A stretch of DNA of 64,000 nucleotides from Candidatus Omnitrophota bacterium (GCA_963662715.1 OY759724.1:1946662-2010661); one strand, 5' to 3'; counted from the first letter of the stretch, positions 1-10,059 are shown. The notes: generated by a model not told the origin, from the sequence alone. Made by a program: numbers and translations.

Positions 1-563
1 ATCCTGACAGGAAATATCCTTTACTGATTGCCGTACACAAGGAAGGCGGCGACCCGCTGGATCAGGGGCATCTTTGGAGCCCCTTGGCCGATCGGGAACA
101 GTATATCCTGCTTTGCCCGAAGTTTAACGAAGGGTTCCCCACGATGGAAAGCAGTGAGGATTTGACGCTCATGCTCATTCTTCTTGAATTGCAGAAAGAT
201 TTCCCGTATGACCCCAGCAAAGTATATATGGTCGGTCTTTCCGGGGGAGCAGAGTTTGTCCATCGTTTTGCTTTTAAAAGACCCAATATCGTTCAGGCGG
301 TAGCGGTTTTTGCCCTTGGAACATATGATCCCCCGCCTCGTCTGTTGCGCAACCGGCAGGTCAGGTTTTTTGTGGGGGTCGGGGAAAATGACTCTTACAT
401 TAAAGATAATCGGGTAGAAAAGGCGGAAAATTTTTACCGGGTGCTGAAAGATTCCGTTTACGATGTGACGTTTAAAATTTATCCTCTTGTGGGCAGGGAG
501 CTTTCAGCGGAAATGCAGGAAGATACCATAAGGTTTTTTAACACATTACAAAAAAGCGAATAG
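1..563 (+). CDS. alpha/beta-hydrolase esterase (PHB-depolymerase/carboxylesterase-like), 5'-truncated at the window edge
   Basis: The frame is open from nt 3 (PDRKYPLLIAVHKEGGDPLDQG...). It has a GLSGGA nucleophile-elbow motif and an esterase-like N-terminus 'LLIAVHKEGG'. It stops at 563. Confidence 0.6.
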   Translation, partial: PDRKYPLLIAVHKEGGDPLDQGHLWSPLADREQYILLCPKFNEGFPTMESSEDLTLMLILLELQKDFPYDPSKVYMVGLSGGAEFVHRFAFKRPNIVQAVAVFALGTYDPPPRLLRNRQVRFFVGVGENDSYIKDNRVEKAENFYRVLKDSVYDVTFKIYPLVGRELSAEMQEDTIRFFNTLQKSE

Positions 564-775
564 AACAATAAAATTCAGAGAACCCGGTGATATGGCCTGC
601 GGATCCGGGGGCCGTATCAGCAGGCGATATCCTCTTATCTCGCACAAAGCGTATTTTACAGTTCATCATACGGATTTAAAAAGTTCATTTTTTCATTCCC
701 CTTATTCTCCCGGCGAATTATATTAAGTATGAGAAACCCCTCTGTATTAATCAGTCATTAAAATTTTTCAGATTC

Positions 776-2128
776 ATGTTGAATGCCATTTTGGACAAAA
801 CCTTCCGGATTTCAGAACAGCATACGAATATTCAAAGAGAAATATTAGCCGGCCTGACAACCTTCCTGACGATGTCCTATATTATCTTTCTTCAGCCCGG
901 CGTCCTTTCAAAAGACTTTGCCGGAAATCCTACGGGTTTGGATTTCGGCGCCGTGTTGCTGGCCACATGCCTGATTTCGGCTTTTTCGTCTGTTTTTATG
1001 GGACTCTATGCCAACTACCCTATTGCTTTGGCTCCGGGCATGGGGGAAAATTTCTTTTTTGTCTCGGTCATTATGGCCCTGTCCTCCCTGGGGATCCCTG
1101 AAGCCTGGAAGGTTGCCCTGGGAATCGTTTTTATTTCCGGAGTGATATTTTTCATCCTTTCCATCCTGAGGGTCAGGGAAGCCATTATCAGCGCCGTCAG
1201 CATGAGTTTGCGTAACGGAATTGCCGTGGGGATCGGTCTTTTTATCACGTTTATCGGCCTGCAGCACGGCCACATTATCATAGATCAGCCGGGGACCCTG
1301 GTTCAGCTGAATACCCGTTTTATTGCCCCGGAGATCGCCGTTTTTTTCTTTGGTCTTATTGTGACCAGTGTGCTGAGAGTCAGAAAAATCCACGGCGCGA
1401 TCCTTTGGGGCATCCTGGCGTCCGCCATGCTGGCTATGAGCTTCGGGGAAATTACGTATCAAGGATTATTCGGCCTGCCGGATATCAAACAGACGATTTT
1501 TTTGAAAATGAATCTGGCCGGCGCCCTGCGTTTAAGCTGTCTTCCTTTTATCGTTGTATTTGTTTTTATGGATATGTTTGATACGGTGGGGACCTTGATT
1601 GGCGTTGCGGAAACAGCGGGCTTTATGAAAGGGAACACCCTGCCCCGGGCTGACCGGGCTTTGATTGTGGATGCCGCCGGGACAGTCGGCGGCGCTTGCC
1701 TGGGAACGAGCACTGTCACCAGCTATATAGAGAGCGCCGCCGGCGTTGCGTTCGGCGGGCGTACGGGATTGACAAGCGTGACGGTCGGCGTATTGTTTGT
1801 TCTGGCTCTTTTTTTCAGCCCGTTTATAGGAATGATCGGCGAGTATCCCCCTATCACCGCGCCGGCCCTTGTTATTGTCGGGGTTATGATGATGGAAAAC
1901 GTGAAAAAGATACAGTGGGACGATGCCTCGGAAAGTATCCCTGCCTTTTTAACGATGATCGGGATTCCGTTCTGCTACTCTATTGCCGACGGACTTTCTC
2001 TGGGGTTTATCAGTTATCCTGTTATTAAAATGTTAAGCGGCCGGGCCAGGGATGTCAGTTGGCTGATGTATGTTTTGGCGGCGCTGCTCTTGTTGTATTT
2101 CATCTTTGTCCGGGCGCGGTTGGCTTGA
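776..2128 (+). CDS. NCS2-family purine permease (AzgA/PbuG-like adenine/guanine/hypoxanthine transporter)
   Basis: 450 aa and polytopic. The N-terminal 'REILAGLTTFLTMSYIIFLQP' and overall length are typical of COG2252 permeases. Confidence 0.8.
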   Translation: MLNAILDKTFRISEQHTNIQREILAGLTTFLTMSYIIFLQPGVLSKDFAGNPTGLDFGAVLLATCLISAFSSVFMGLYANYPIALAPGMGENFFFVSVIMALSSLGIPEAWKVALGIVFISGVIFFILSILRVREAIISAVSMSLRNGIAVGIGLFITFIGLQHGHIIIDQPGTLVQLNTRFIAPEIAVFFFGLIVTSVLRVRKIHGAILWGILASAMLAMSFGEITYQGLFGLPDIKQTIFLKMNLAGALRLSCLPFIVVFVFMDMFDTVGTLIGVAETAGFMKGNTLPRADRALIVDAAGTVGGACLGTSTVTSYIESAAGVAFGGRTGLTSVTVGVLFVLALFFSPFIGMIGEYPPITAPALVIVGVMMMENVKKIQWDDASESIPAFLTMIGIPFCYSIADGLSLGFISYPVIKMLSGRARDVSWLMYVLAALLLLYFIFVRARLA

Positions 2129-2195
2129 GTTGCGGGCCGCAGGATATTTTTGGTCATATATATTATTTCTTAATAAAAACGAAGGAGGGCTGCCG

Positions 2196-2864
2196 ATGTG
2201 TTTGCAAAGCGCCAAGGTCCCAGAATCCATGATCCCTGTGTTTGAAAAGGCAGAGGAATATGTGCAGAGTTATTTTTCCACTTTTACCGCAAATAAAAAG
2301 GAAGGGACCATCACGATCGGGGACGACCGGTATATTCTCGTGAGAGCAAAATCTTTACGTCTGCATTTTGCCAAAAGTCTTGGGGAAGCTATGGGCCTTT
2401 CCGAGGAGTTCGCGGAAGACGCGGTGGATAATCTTCTTTATATCATGGCCAAGTCGATCGGGAAAGAGGACGCCAAACATTTTGCCTCGGTGCAAAAAGT
2501 TGCTGACCCTGTTTCCAAACTGGCCGCGGGGCCGATCAGCTTTAATTATTCGGGATGGGCCTTTGTGAATATTTTCCCGGAGAGTAAGCCGTCCCAGGAT
2601 GACAATTACCTGCTTCTGTACGATCATCCGTATTCTTTTGAGTGCAACGTTTATCTGTCCACGTATGGCCCCGTGTCTAAGAAGGCTGTTTGTGTCATGA
2701 ATGCCGGTTATTCTGCCGGCTGGTGCTCGGAGAGTTTCGGGGTTGATGTGGACGCGAGGGAAATCTTGTGCCAGGCCAAGGGCGACAAGGCCTGCCGGTT
2801 TGTTATGGGCGTCAAACACAAGCTGGATGAATACGAAACCTGGGCGTTAGCGCATTTAAAATGA
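2196..2864 (+). CDS. V4R (4-vinyl reductase) domain protein, hydrocarbon/small-molecule-binding
   Basis: GGAGG lies 7 nt upstream of the ATG at 2196. The C-terminal 'AGYSAGWCSESFG...CQAKGDKACRF' Cys pattern is typical of V4R/XylR-N domains. The long track ORF from 2070 overlaps the permease; the internal start is preferred. Confidence 0.55.
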   Translation: MCLQSAKVPESMIPVFEKAEEYVQSYFSTFTANKKEGTITIGDDRYILVRAKSLRLHFAKSLGEAMGLSEEFAEDAVDNLLYIMAKSIGKEDAKHFASVQKVADPVSKLAAGPISFNYSGWAFVNIFPESKPSQDDNYLLLYDHPYSFECNVYLSTYGPVSKKAVCVMNAGYSAGWCSESFGVDVDAREILCQAKGDKACRFVMGVKHKLDEYETWALAHLK

Positions 2865-2883
2865 TATTCAAGGAACGGATACG

Positions 2884-3114
2884 ATGGGTTCTTTCTATGA
2901 TAAAGTTTATAAGGAGTGCGAGGTTTTCTTTGCCCAGGGGACAAAACGTTTCCTGGACCGGCAAATCGAACATCATCTGAATAAAAAGGCTGATAGGCTC
3001 GATTATGCAGATAAAGAAGAGCTGGCTAAGTGGATCAGGATTTCCGCCGGGCTTGTCCTGAAGAGAGAGGATGCGGAATCTTTATCGAATAAAGTACGGC
3101 AGATGAAGCCCTGA
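2884..3114 (+). CDS. small hypothetical protein (76 aa), co-oriented with the V4R gene
   Basis: The ORF has an AAGGAA-like RBS and sits 20 nt after the V4R stop. No recognisable motif. Confidence 0.35.
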   Translation: MGSFYDKVYKECEVFFAQGTKRFLDRQIEHHLNKKADRLDYADKEELAKWIRISAGLVLKREDAESLSNKVRQMKP

Positions 3115-3264
3115 TTTTTTGCCCCCCTTTTTGATTGTCCGTCCGCATTGAGGCCATTTCCTTAAGAATTCCGAGAAATTGCTTTGTTTGGCATGTGGAT
3201 GCCCTTCCTTTAATATGAGGATTCCCAAAATAAAAAGAGTTCGTAGGACGGGAAATACGGGTTT

Positions 3265-3993
3265 TTAAAATCCGGAGATGGCGTCCAGCAGATTGATGAG
3301 TTTTTCCTGCAGCAGGAGAACGGCGAGGATATAGACATTGGTCAGGATGAGCAGATTTCTTAGGGAAGGGTGTTTTTTGTTGAGCCGTAATTTAAAGAAA
3401 GTTATATTGATAAGGGTCAGGGTCAATATCTGAGAAACGAGGATGCTGGGAATGAGTCCAAGAAACGGGTTTAAAAAGAACGTGAAAATAAGGATGCCCA
3501 CACAGGCTCCGAAGTAATCACTGGTGAGAACTCCGATAATGGGTTTCGAGACATGCCATTTTTCTTTCTCAATGAGTTTGGAAAAGAACGGCAGTTCCGC
3601 TCCGGAGACCATTCCTATCAGCGTTGTTAAAACAATGCCTAAAGGGAATAATAAAAAGAGCAGGTCTTTTTGCTGCGCCCGGAGCAGATATCTCAGGATC
3701 TCGTTCAGGCCCATGATGCCGATAATGCCGGGATTGGCCAGCAGAATTCCTATGAGGCTGTTCAGAATAATCAGGGAAACAAACCGGTCGCTGTCCCCTT
3801 TGATTTTTTCAACGAACAACGTCCCGATTCCCATAGACATTAAGTATAATCCGGTGAAAAAAGAAAACACCAGGATAGAGTTGCTGAAAATGTAGCTCAG
3901 GGCTGTCGACAAAGCGATATAGGCCAGTGTGCAGTGACTGGATGTCACGAGGTTGAGGGTGATGAGCCTGAGAAACTGTTTATGGTTCAACAT
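3265..3993 (-). CDS. polytopic membrane protein (MFS-like half), paralogous to the N-terminal membrane domain of fused MFS/spermidine-synthase proteins
   Basis: 242 aa with 6-7 hydrophobic helices. It overlaps the upstream gene by 14 nt, suggesting translational coupling. Confidence 0.5.
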   Translation of the reverse strand: MLNHKQFLRLITLNLVTSSHCTLAYIALSTALSYIFSNSILVFSFFTGLYLMSMGIGTLFVEKIKGDSDRFVSLIILNSLIGILLANPGIIGIMGLNEILRYLLRAQQKDLLFLLFPLGIVLTTLIGMVSGAELPFFSKLIEKEKWHVSKPIIGVLTSDYFGACVGILIFTFFLNPFLGLIPSILVSQILTLTLINITFFKLRLNKKHPSLRNLLILTNVYILAVLLLQEKLINLLDAISGF

Positions 3994-5647
3994 GATCTTC
4001 GATAATTAATTGTATTTGTTTTTTAAAGGGAAGCCTGGAAATAAGAGGATCATAAAAGCTGAGGTAATGCTCCGCTTCCTCCACCGTGAAATATTGCATC
4101 ATACCGAAATCTTCCTGCCGTTTTGGCCGGTATTTTAAATGACGGTGATAATTTAGTTTATAATTGTTCAAGAATTCGTCCCGGCCTTTTTCCGAATTAA
4201 AAAGGATGATATGCTCCAGCCGGCTCCAGGTCCCTTCCTTTCCCGGGTAATAGCCGATCAGGGGCGCGAGTTTTGCCATGCGGGCGGTTTTGGCCTGGAT
4301 AGATAACCTTAACTTGGATGAATGGGTGTTGGAGGTGACGACGGCAACCCCGTTGTCAGATAATATTTTCTTGAGATCCCGAAAGAACTGAACGCTTAAT
4401 GTCCGGATTTTAGCCAGACTGGTTGGTTCGGAAGGGAAGTTCACAATAATAAGGTCGTAACGGTTGCGATCGCGCAAAACCCATTTAAACGCATCCATAT
4501 AATGCACTTTGAAGCGGGGGTCATCCCAGACATCTTTGGTTAAGGCATGAAGAAACGGATTGCTTTTGGCCAGTTCGACCCATTCTTTATCCAGATCCAC
4601 CATCGTAATTTTTTTAATCGAGGGGTATTTAACGGCCTGCCGGGCCGGCAGGCCGTCCCCTCCGCCGAGAATGAGAACGTTTTCCACCTTGGGATGGAGC
4701 GTGAGATAAGGATCAAATAAAAAGAAATGGTTCGGGTCGACTTTAGAGTCAAAAGGCAGGAAGAATTGCAGAGAGCCGTTCAGCAACCCGAAAATGTAAT
4801 ATTTATAGGGTTTGGCCAGGATTTCTTCCTGTGTGTCAAAGACGGCATGACCGTTTTTTTTTGAAATAAATAACAGCACTTCCTGATACGGGGTGTGTTC
4901 TTTGGCAATGAGGGCGGCGGGGCGGATGCCCAGATACATTTTCCTTAACATCGCATTCTCTATCTTGTCAATATGAAGACAGAGGGCGAGAAAAATTCCT
5001 GTAAAGACAGAGAGCCCCCAGACCCAGTTTTGGTTGAACCTTATGTCATTTTTTTGCTGTATGATAAAAATCAGGACGACCAGCATTAAATTGATAAAAG
5101 AAATCAGTATCGATGTTTTGAAAAATCCTAAATGGGCAAAAAAGACCAAAGTACACATCAGGGAAGCGAAAAAGCTCGCCAGGTAGTCAAAGAAAATGAT
5201 TTTTCGTATGTGTTTTTGCTCCATGTTTAATGAGGAACAAAAATGGAAGAGCAGCGGAAGTTCCTGTCCGCTTAAGAACCCGATAACCGCTGCGATAACA
5301 AGGCCGAAAACAACACCTTCAAGATTAATTATATACAGGGAATTGAATAACCAGTGATTGATTCCGGAGATGCTGAATATCCCGGCTATCGTCAAACCCA
5401 GTTCGATATTTCTGAGTTTCCGCAGCGTCCTTGAGATGTCGAGCGGTTTCTTCCGGTACCAGCGGGCGCTTCCCAGCCCCATGAAAAGGATAAATATCGC
5501 AATAACGGTCGGATAGACAAAAATGCCTTCCCCGAGAAGCCTAGACAGCCGCGAAGCCACGAGGATTTCGTAACAAATGGAGCAGAAGGCCATAAGAAAG
5601 GCGGTGAGGTTGCCGAGAATTTGATTGTGGGATGTGTTTTGATTCAT
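3980..5647 (-). CDS. fused membrane domain / spermidine-synthase-like (aminopropyltransferase fold) protein
   Basis: N-terminal multi-TM region, then 'VLILGGGDGLPARQAV...ITMVDLD...DPRFKVHYMDAFKWV...YDLIIVNFPSEP' (GGGDG SpeE-type motif). The canonical DSSDP Asp is replaced by NFPSEP. Confidence 0.7.
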   Translation of the reverse strand: MNQNTSHNQILGNLTAFLMAFCSICYEILVASRLSRLLGEGIFVYPTVIAIFILFMGLGSARWYRKKPLDISRTLRKLRNIELGLTIAGIFSISGINHWLFNSLYIINLEGVVFGLVIAAVIGFLSGQELPLLFHFCSSLNMEQKHIRKIIFFDYLASFFASLMCTLVFFAHLGFFKTSILISFINLMLVVLIFIIQQKNDIRFNQNWVWGLSVFTGIFLALCLHIDKIENAMLRKMYLGIRPAALIAKEHTPYQEVLLFISKKNGHAVFDTQEEILAKPYKYYIFGLLNGSLQFFLPFDSKVDPNHFFLFDPYLTLHPKVENVLILGGGDGLPARQAVKYPSIKKITMVDLDKEWVELAKSNPFLHALTKDVWDDPRFKVHYMDAFKWVLRDRNRYDLIIVNFPSEPTSLAKIRTLSVQFFRDLKKILSDNGVAVVTSNTHSSKLRLSIQAKTARMAKLAPLIGYYPGKEGTWSRLEHIILFNSEKGRDEFLNNYKLNYHRHLKYRPKRQEDFGMMQYFTVEEAEHYLSFYDPLISRLPFKKQIQLIIEDHVEP

Positions 5648-5941
5648 TTTTTCCGTTCGTAATGGCAGCAGAACCCTTGTTTAGAACAATCTATCAATTT
5701 TATCGTTAAGTTCGGCTTGGTTCAACAATAAATATTAAGAAAAAACTGAATCTTCAATATTTTTAAAAACACTTCCTGAAATAATAATGCAATAATACCT
5801 GTTGCACATGCTGAGGATATTGATAAAATATAGAAAACTTTTCACGAAGATTTCACATTATTCCTGAAAATTTTGGTCTGATGAAAGGACTGGTTTCAGC
5901 ATTAAACCCTTAAATTTCTAAAAGAGGAGAAAAGTAAGTTT

Positions 5942-7597
5942 ATGAAAGACATTGTGTTTGGGCTCATGGGCGGATTGGGGATCTTTATTTTCGGCATGAA
6001 ATATTTGTCAGATGCCCTGCAAAGGATTGCCGGCACAAAGCTCAGAAGGACATTAAGATCTTTAACGCAAAACCGGTTGCGCGGTGTTATTCTGGGGACA
6101 ACCGTAACGTCCCTGATTCAAAGCAGCAGTGTGACAACGGTCATGCTGGTCGGTCTGGTCAATGCCGGGATCGTGAGTCTTGAACAGGCGGCGACCGTTG
6201 TCATCGGCGCGAACATCGGGACGACGATCACGGCCCAAATCATTGCTTTCAAAATTTCCAAGTACGGTCTGCCGGCGATAGGGCTCGGGGTGGCGATGAT
6301 GCTCATAGCTCGTCAGCGCAAGACCCAGTTCTGGGGGCAGGTTGTTTTATCTTTCGGTATGGTTTTTGTCGGGCTGTCAACGATGTCCGGGGTCATGAAA
6401 CCTTTAAAGGATATCCCTGAGGTGACGGAATTTTTTGTCAATTTAAGCGGGACGCCTCTGCTGGCCATTCTTTTGGGGGTTGTTTTCACGATAGCGGTTC
6501 AATCGAGCAGTGCTTCCATCGGTATGGTCCTGGCTTTGGCCAGCAACGGGCTTATTGATTTTCAGACATCACTTTTTCTGGTCCTGGGGGACAATATCGG
6601 CACGACGGTAACGGCATGGCTGGCCAGTATCGGCGGAACGATTTCCGCCCGGCGCATGGCCTGTTTTCACACGGTCTTTAACATCCTCGGAGTTATCTAT
6701 TTTTATTTCCTTGTCCAAAGCAGTGTCTTTCCCCGGTTTGTTGATGCGATCACCCCGGGAGAAATCACCCCGGATACCATTTCCCGGCATATCGCCAACG
6801 CCCATTCCTGTTTTAATATCGGGAATGCGATCCTGTTCCTGTTTGTTCTATCCCCCATGGTTCTGCTGGTGAAAAAAATTATCCCGGGAAAAGACATCTA
6901 TGTCTCCACGGATTTCAAATTTCTGCAGGACCGGCTGCTGTCCACCCCGGAGATTGCCATTGAAAGCGCCAAAAAGGAATTAACCGCCATGGCGGAAATG
7001 GTTTTGAAAACAATCAAGACAGCCGTCGACGGATTCTTCGCTCATGATATCAAATCCATCCCTCATGTGCAGACGCAGGAAAGCGCTACGGATCATTTGC
7101 AGCACGACATCACTTTTTATCTCGCCAAATTAGCGGCGCAGGCGTTGACCCCTCAGCTGGCCCGGCAGCTTCCGCCGTTGCTGCATTCCATTAATGACCT
7201 TGAACGGATCGCTGATCATGCTGTCAATATCGCGGAATTGACGGAGAAAGTCCATGTCCAAGGCTTTAATTTTTCCAATAAAGCCCTGGCGGAGATGCGG
7301 ACGTTGTACGCCAAGATAGACGATATCTTTGAGGAGACGCTGCGTGCGGTCAGAGATGAGGATCAATTCGCCCCCGACCGCGTTATGCGTTATGAAGGGG
7401 AAGTGAATTTATTGCACCGTCAGTATCTGGCGGAACATTCGGAACGCCTGTGTCAGCAGAAATGTGATCCGATGAACGCTTTGATTTTTGTGGATTTTAT
7501 TAATAACCTGGAAAAGATTGCCGACCATTTGACCAATATTGCCCAGGCCTCAAGGCGGAGTTTTGAATTTACGGACAGCAAAGAAGAAGATAATTAA
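5942..7597 (+). CDS. Na+/phosphate cotransporter family protein (NptA-like) with C-terminal PhoU-like domain
   Basis: 'GGLGIFIFGMKYLSDALQ...RLRGVILGTTVTSLIQSSSVTTVMLVGLVNAG' duplicated Na/Pi repeat. The C-terminus carries paired PhoU-like helices. An RBS 'AGAGGAG' lies upstream. Confidence 0.8.
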   Translation: MKDIVFGLMGGLGIFIFGMKYLSDALQRIAGTKLRRTLRSLTQNRLRGVILGTTVTSLIQSSSVTTVMLVGLVNAGIVSLEQAATVVIGANIGTTITAQIIAFKISKYGLPAIGLGVAMMLIARQRKTQFWGQVVLSFGMVFVGLSTMSGVMKPLKDIPEVTEFFVNLSGTPLLAILLGVVFTIAVQSSSASIGMVLALASNGLIDFQTSLFLVLGDNIGTTVTAWLASIGGTISARRMACFHTVFNILGVIYFYFLVQSSVFPRFVDAITPGEITPDTISRHIANAHSCFNIGNAILFLFVLSPMVLLVKKIIPGKDIYVSTDFKFLQDRLLSTPEIAIESAKKELTAMAEMVLKTIKTAVDGFFAHDIKSIPHVQTQESATDHLQHDITFYLAKLAAQALTPQLARQLPPLLHSINDLERIADHAVNIAELTEKVHVQGFNFSNKALAEMRTLYAKIDDIFEETLRAVRDEDQFAPDRVMRYEGEVNLLHRQYLAEHSERLCQQKCDPMNALIFVDFINNLEKIADHLTNIAQASRRSFEFTDSKEEDN

Positions 7598-7688
7598 GAC
7601 CGTTCTGATTTGAAGTTCTTGATAATAAAAAACGGCCGGTGAGTTGCGGCCCGGAGCTTGATTCTCCCTGATGTTGAGGGGAAGAATT

Positions 7689-9872
7689 TCAGGGGGTGGA
7701 AACCTGCTTGAGGATATCCTGGGCCAGAGAGATGCTGATTTTGTCCACTTTGGTTAGCTCCTCTTCGGAAGCGTATTTCAGATCGCTGATATGCTTATAT
7801 CCTTTGTCGTAAAGATGCCTCGCCCGGATCCGCCCGATCCCTTTTAACTGCACCAGAGAGATGAGTTCTTCCCTGATCCCGTATTTGACACGGTTTTTTA
7901 AATTAGATAAAAGATACGTCAGCTTTTTGTACTTGAAGAGCTCGGCAAATGTGATGGAGGCGTATAACAGCCATTGAATGGCTTCCGTGTGCCGGTAGAT
8001 GTCTCCGGGGCCGATGTTGAAGTCATCGCAGATTTTTTCTTCCGACTCTTCTTCAATCCATTGGGATAACATCATGGTCGTTTTCATGATGGACATATTC
8101 AGCCCCATGTCCGTCAGCATGGGAAAATCTTCCTGCTGCAGAATGATTTCATCCTGACAATTATAGGCAAAAGCATCAATTTCCTCCCATTGGCGTTTCC
8201 AGTTCCTTAAGAGGGGGCTGTCCGGACAGCAGCACATCAAATGCAGAAGTCCTATATAAGAGAAGGATTTCCCTTTGGCCATTTTATGTAGCCCGTCGCG
8301 GATAATAATGCTGGAGGCCGGATCAATATAAAGGCGGCTCGTATACTGCCCGAAAGGGGTTGCCAGAAAACGGAAGCCCCGCTTTTCGATAAAATCCTCC
8401 TCCTGGAGGAAATCAAAAATATTCCCGATCAGCTCAATGAGGTTCAGCGTTTTTTTCTGATAAGCTAAAAAGGTGTGTGAGATGAAATCAAAGGTGTCAT
8501 TAATGTCGTAGACATATCCACCGGCAATCGAAGCCAGGATATGCGTCCGCAGAGCACTGTCCGAGCCGAGATGGGAGGATATGGGTTCCGGGGTGGCATT
8601 GATATACCGGTCAAACAAGGTTTTTGTTTCCGCGGCGGTCTTGGCCAGCAGCACGGCTTCCCCGGAATCGTCATATTGCGGACGTCCGGCCCGGCCGGCG
8701 CATTGTTTGTATTCGGAGACGGGGATGTATGCTGAGCCCAGTCCGTTCTCGAAACGTTTGTAATCTTTAATGATTGTCCTCCGGGCCGGCAGGTTCACCC
8801 CGGCGGCCAGTGTGGGCGTGGAACAGATGATTTTAATAATGTTTGCTTTGAAATTGTCTTCTATCAATTTCCTCTGTTCGGGTTTCAGTCCGGCATGATG
8901 GAAGGCCACGCCTTGCGCGACGACGTCTCCCAGCTTCCGGCAAATGCGGGTGGCCCGGGTTTCTGATCCGACCAGGGCTTTGGCTACCTGGGTGAGATGC
9001 TGCCGTTCATTATCTGTCAAAGAGGGGCCCACGGCTTTACAAAGCGCTCGGCTGGTGGCTTCGGAAGACCTCCGGGAGTTCACAAAAATCAGCAGCTGTC
9101 CTTTGCCGTCCAGAGTGTCCTTGACCAGTTTGTGGAGATCGTCCCCGGGGCCCTCGATGAGCCGGCGGCCTCCCTGGTTGAATTTGATTTCATTGTGGAA
9201 ATAAATTCCCTCTTTCAGGGGGATCGGCCGCCATTGACTTTCGACCAGTTCCGCCTTCAGCCAGGCAGCAATGTCTCCGGCATTGCTGACAGTTGCGCTC
9301 AGGGCCAGGAACTGCACTTCCGGATTCAATTGCTTGATACGGGCGGCAAGTATTTCCAGCGTCGGGCCGCGCTCAGAGTCGTTGAGGAAATGAATCTCGT
9401 CAAAGATCACGACATTCAGCCTGTTGACAAGCCATTGCGTGCGGGCCCGTAATAAAGCGTCAACCTTTTCGGCCGTGGCGATTAAAATATGGTAGCCGTT
9501 TAAAACATTATTAGGCGCGTCCGAGTCTCCGGTGGCTAAGCCGACTTTAATACCCAAGGGGGAATATTTTTTCTTTAAGTCTTCATGTTTTTCGCTGGCC
9601 AAAGCTTTGAGGGGGACGATGTAAAGACACCGGCCGTGAGTCGCCGACAATGAGCGTAACATGCATAATTCGGCGATAAGGGTTTTTCCGGCGGCCGTTG
9701 GCACGGATAAAACCAGATTCTTTCCGTCCAGGGCCCCGGCTTCAATAGCTTTGGCTTGCGGCGGGTAGAAATCCTGGACGCCCGATTGGATAAGAACATC
9801 TCTTATTTCTCTCGGGAGATTGTATTTGAAAAAAATAGTATCAATATTCATTTCTTGATTTGCTGCCCTCAA
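7689..9872 (-). CDS. Hel308/Ski2-like superfamily-2 DNA helicase (DEAD/DEAH box, C-terminal HhH)
   Basis: Walker A 'VPTAAGKT', DEIH box 'IFDEIHFL', 'LALSAT' motif III, C-terminal helix-hairpin-helix 'LKGIGRIRARHLYDKGY'. The first codon of the track ORF is TTG; an in-frame ATG at 9851 is an alternative start. Confidence 0.8.
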   Translation of the reverse strand: MRAANQEMNIDTIFFKYNLPREIRDVLIQSGVQDFYPPQAKAIEAGALDGKNLVLSVPTAAGKTLIAELCMLRSLSATHGRCLYIVPLKALASEKHEDLKKKYSPLGIKVGLATGDSDAPNNVLNGYHILIATAEKVDALLRARTQWLVNRLNVVIFDEIHFLNDSERGPTLEILAARIKQLNPEVQFLALSATVSNAGDIAAWLKAELVESQWRPIPLKEGIYFHNEIKFNQGGRRLIEGPGDDLHKLVKDTLDGKGQLLIFVNSRRSSEATSRALCKAVGPSLTDNERQHLTQVAKALVGSETRATRICRKLGDVVAQGVAFHHAGLKPEQRKLIEDNFKANIIKIICSTPTLAAGVNLPARRTIIKDYKRFENGLGSAYIPVSEYKQCAGRAGRPQYDDSGEAVLLAKTAAETKTLFDRYINATPEPISSHLGSDSALRTHILASIAGGYVYDINDTFDFISHTFLAYQKKTLNLIELIGNIFDFLQEEDFIEKRGFRFLATPFGQYTSRLYIDPASSIIIRDGLHKMAKGKSFSYIGLLHLMCCCPDSPLLRNWKRQWEEIDAFAYNCQDEIILQQEDFPMLTDMGLNMSIMKTTMMLSQWIEEESEEKICDDFNIGPGDIYRHTEAIQWLLYASITFAELFKYKKLTYLLSNLKNRVKYGIREELISLVQLKGIGRIRARHLYDKGYKHISDLKYASEEELTKVDKISISLAQDILKQVSTP

Positions 9873-10030
9873 TGGCCATCGGGGAATTTCAGGCTTATCT
9901 ATTTTGTCATAAATTTATTTAATAGTAAATAGGTAAGACATTAGATTATGATATTTACCGCTGGTTGTAAACATGATTTTGGGAAAGAATCCCTGTTGAA
10001 GAAATTTTTAATTTCTGGGGGATAATTCAG

Positions 10031-10059
10031 TTGACCGGGCTGATGATTCTCTTTATAAT
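10031..10059 (+). promoter_or_regulatory. sigma-70-like promoter upstream of dtd (TTGACC-17-TATAAT)
   Basis: TTGACC at 10031-10036, 17-nt spacer, TATAAT at 10054-10059, about 50 nt before the dtd ATG. Confidence 0.45.

Noticed and set aside
908-1719. Minus-strand ORFs (184, 88 and 86 aa) inside the purine permease gene
   Set aside because: They are antisense or alternative-frame ORFs nested in a long, clearly homologous plus-strand CDS. Their translations are low-complexity, R/G/P-rich and typical of GC-skewed frames.
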